Origin: Octopus bimaculoides
Taxonomy: Eukaryota
Direction: 5' to 3'
Assembly (NCBI RefSeq): GCF_001194135.2
Contig: NC_068982.1
Coordinates: 175,723,748 to 175,776,701, forward strand
Length of the DNA: 52,954 nt
In this document: in pieces, positions 51,130 through 52,954 of the stretch
Layout of the letters: each line of letters begins with the position of its first letter
Numbering within the stretch: the first letter of the stretch is position 1
The notes under the pieces: generated by a model
What the model was told of the DNA's origin: nothing
The model's input: the letters and a program-made list of their open reading frames with translations, nothing else
The model's database searches: none
Translations under genes and position numbers: made by a program

Positions 51130-52200
51130 TTGTAATTTTTAGTAGTGGTGGTGGTGGTGGTGGTGATGGGTGACATGAAATCTATGGTAGCTGTTGTAGA
51201 AGAGGCGGAAGTGGGGTGAAATGCTTTTTGCTGTTGGTAGTGCTGGTAATATAGAGTGTGATGGTGGTGAAGGTAGTAGTAGTAGTAGTAGTAGAAGGAG
51301 GAGAGGGAGGAGGGAGAGAAGGAGCCACTGTAACAATAGTAGTAGTAGTATGTGGATGGTAATGGGATAGATTTTTGTGGATCAGGTGATGAGCGATGGT
51401 GGGTATGCAATGTTTGTAAGGGTAGATGGGGATCAAGTTGGTGCGGGAGTTGGAAAACTAGAGTGAATGGGTTATAGCAATAGCTTGGGAGGTTTATTAA
51501 GTTAGAGAGAGTAGTGGCAATAAGAGAGAAGCAAAAAAAAAATGAGGTGGGTGACGCTACATAGGCACAGCACTAGGAAAAAAAACAAGAAGAGGAGGTT
51601 AGGATGGTGGTTCGAGAGGATGGATCCAATACTGTTGGAGGAACAGCTAATGGGGAGTGGAGTGGAGTGGAGTTAAGTGGAATGGAGTGGAGAAGAGACA
51701 TGCAGGCATGCAGTGAAGGGTAAGAGCAAGATGAAGGTAGATGGGTCAGACGAGAAAGCAGGATGGAATGAGGAGGAAATTGAGGGAAGTCGGTGGAGGA
51801 GATGGTGGGTAGTGAGAGAGGGAGAAATGGATAGAAGTAGCTGTAGAAGAGATTGGAAGGATCAAAGAAGATAAGCATGAAGGAATGGAAAGAAAGACGG
51901 AACAGAAGGATGGAAGGATGGGAGAGCAGGAATGGATAGAAGGATGAGAGAGAGGGGATGGACAGAAGGTTGAGAGAGAGAGGGGGGATGCATGGAAGAA
52001 AACTTTAAAGTGAAATATGATCACACAGTCACAATAATGGAAGAATGCTACAATAATGAATGAATGGATGAATGAATGAAGAGGAAAAATGAATGGATGA
52101 ATGAATAGATGGATGGATGGATGGAAGGGTAGATGGATGGGTGATAGGTGGATGAATGGATGATAGCTGAATAAATGGGTGGATGGATGGACAAATATTT
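51130..52200. repeat. Purine-rich low-complexity zone: (GGT)n, (TAG)n, (GGAGT)n, (GAAT/GGAT)n
   Basis: Directly visible. It explains the cluster of His/Pro/Ser/Tyr-rich ORFs. Confidence 0.85.
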
Positions 52201-52659
52201 CTAACAAATAATTGGAATGCCTTGTGAACCAGTTCATAAAATGCAGGTTATAAGAGTATTAGATAAGGATAGAATGTGGAAAGGGGAAAATGTGGAAAAG
52301 CAAAGAAAGAAGAAAGGAATAGCATGAGGGAAAAGTAGGGACAAGAAAGGGAGCCCCCACAAGGCTAGACAGACCTACAGATGAAGAGAAAGATAGACAA
52401 ATAAGGAATATACTGATATACATAGTCATATACAAAAAAGACAAATACTTGATCAAGCACACAGTATGTAAGAGAAATATCCCACAGTTCATAACTGTTT
52501 GGACCAATGAAACGCAAAATGCCTCATTTAAAAAGTAAGTGGAAGTTGATAATGAGAAGAGCATTTAGCTGTAAAAATCTCCTTCAACAAGCTTTATCAA
52601 ACCCTTTCCAGCATGAAAAATCAGATTCAAATACAATGATGATCACACACACACATGTA

Positions 52660-52677
52660 TGCTTTCATATATATACC

Positions 52678-52716
<39 letters not shown>

Positions 52717-52808
52717 ATACACATATATATATATACATACATACATATATATATATATACATACATACATATATACATACATATATATACATACATACAT
52801 ACATATAT

Positions 52809-52839
<31 letters not shown>

Positions 52840-52954
52840 CATACATACATATATATATATACATACATACATATATATATATATATACATACATATATAT
52901 ATATACATACATACATATATATATATACATACATACATATATATATATATACAT
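52660..52954. repeat. (TA)n/(TACA)n compound microsatellite
   Basis: Directly visible to the end of the window. Confidence 0.95.

Noticed and set aside
52627-52954. MYVCIY-type ORFs here and at many other microsatellites
   Set aside because: These are translations of (TA)n/(TACA)n/(TG)n repeats, not genes.

Overview
This is AT-rich, microsatellite-dense eukaryotic genomic DNA with three assembly gaps (256-265, 10482-10950, 35531-35796). I recognise the repeat families from memory as resembling octopod (Octopus-like) DNA; this is an inference, not a database result. I found no protein-coding gene or exon that I can support. The listed ORFs are microsatellite, N-gap or decayed-transposon artefacts. 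The window is a layered transposon graveyard. It holds RTE-like LINE pieces, three R4/Dong-like (restriction-like endonuclease) LINE 3' ends, a CR1-like LINE, several tRNA-headed SINE families, mariner remnants, a non-autonomous Helitron and a Helitron helicase relic. The most notable signal is between 11.0 and 12.4 kb, where three type I hammerhead-ribozyme-like folds from two unrelated repeat families sit next to (TA)n tracts. Two of them face away from each other inside a 230-bp foldback bounded by a bidirectional AATAAA palindrome. This fits Penelope-like or retrozyme-like elements. All three carry substitutions in the catalytic core, so activity is untested. Boundaries of decayed elements are approximate because they were aligned by eye.
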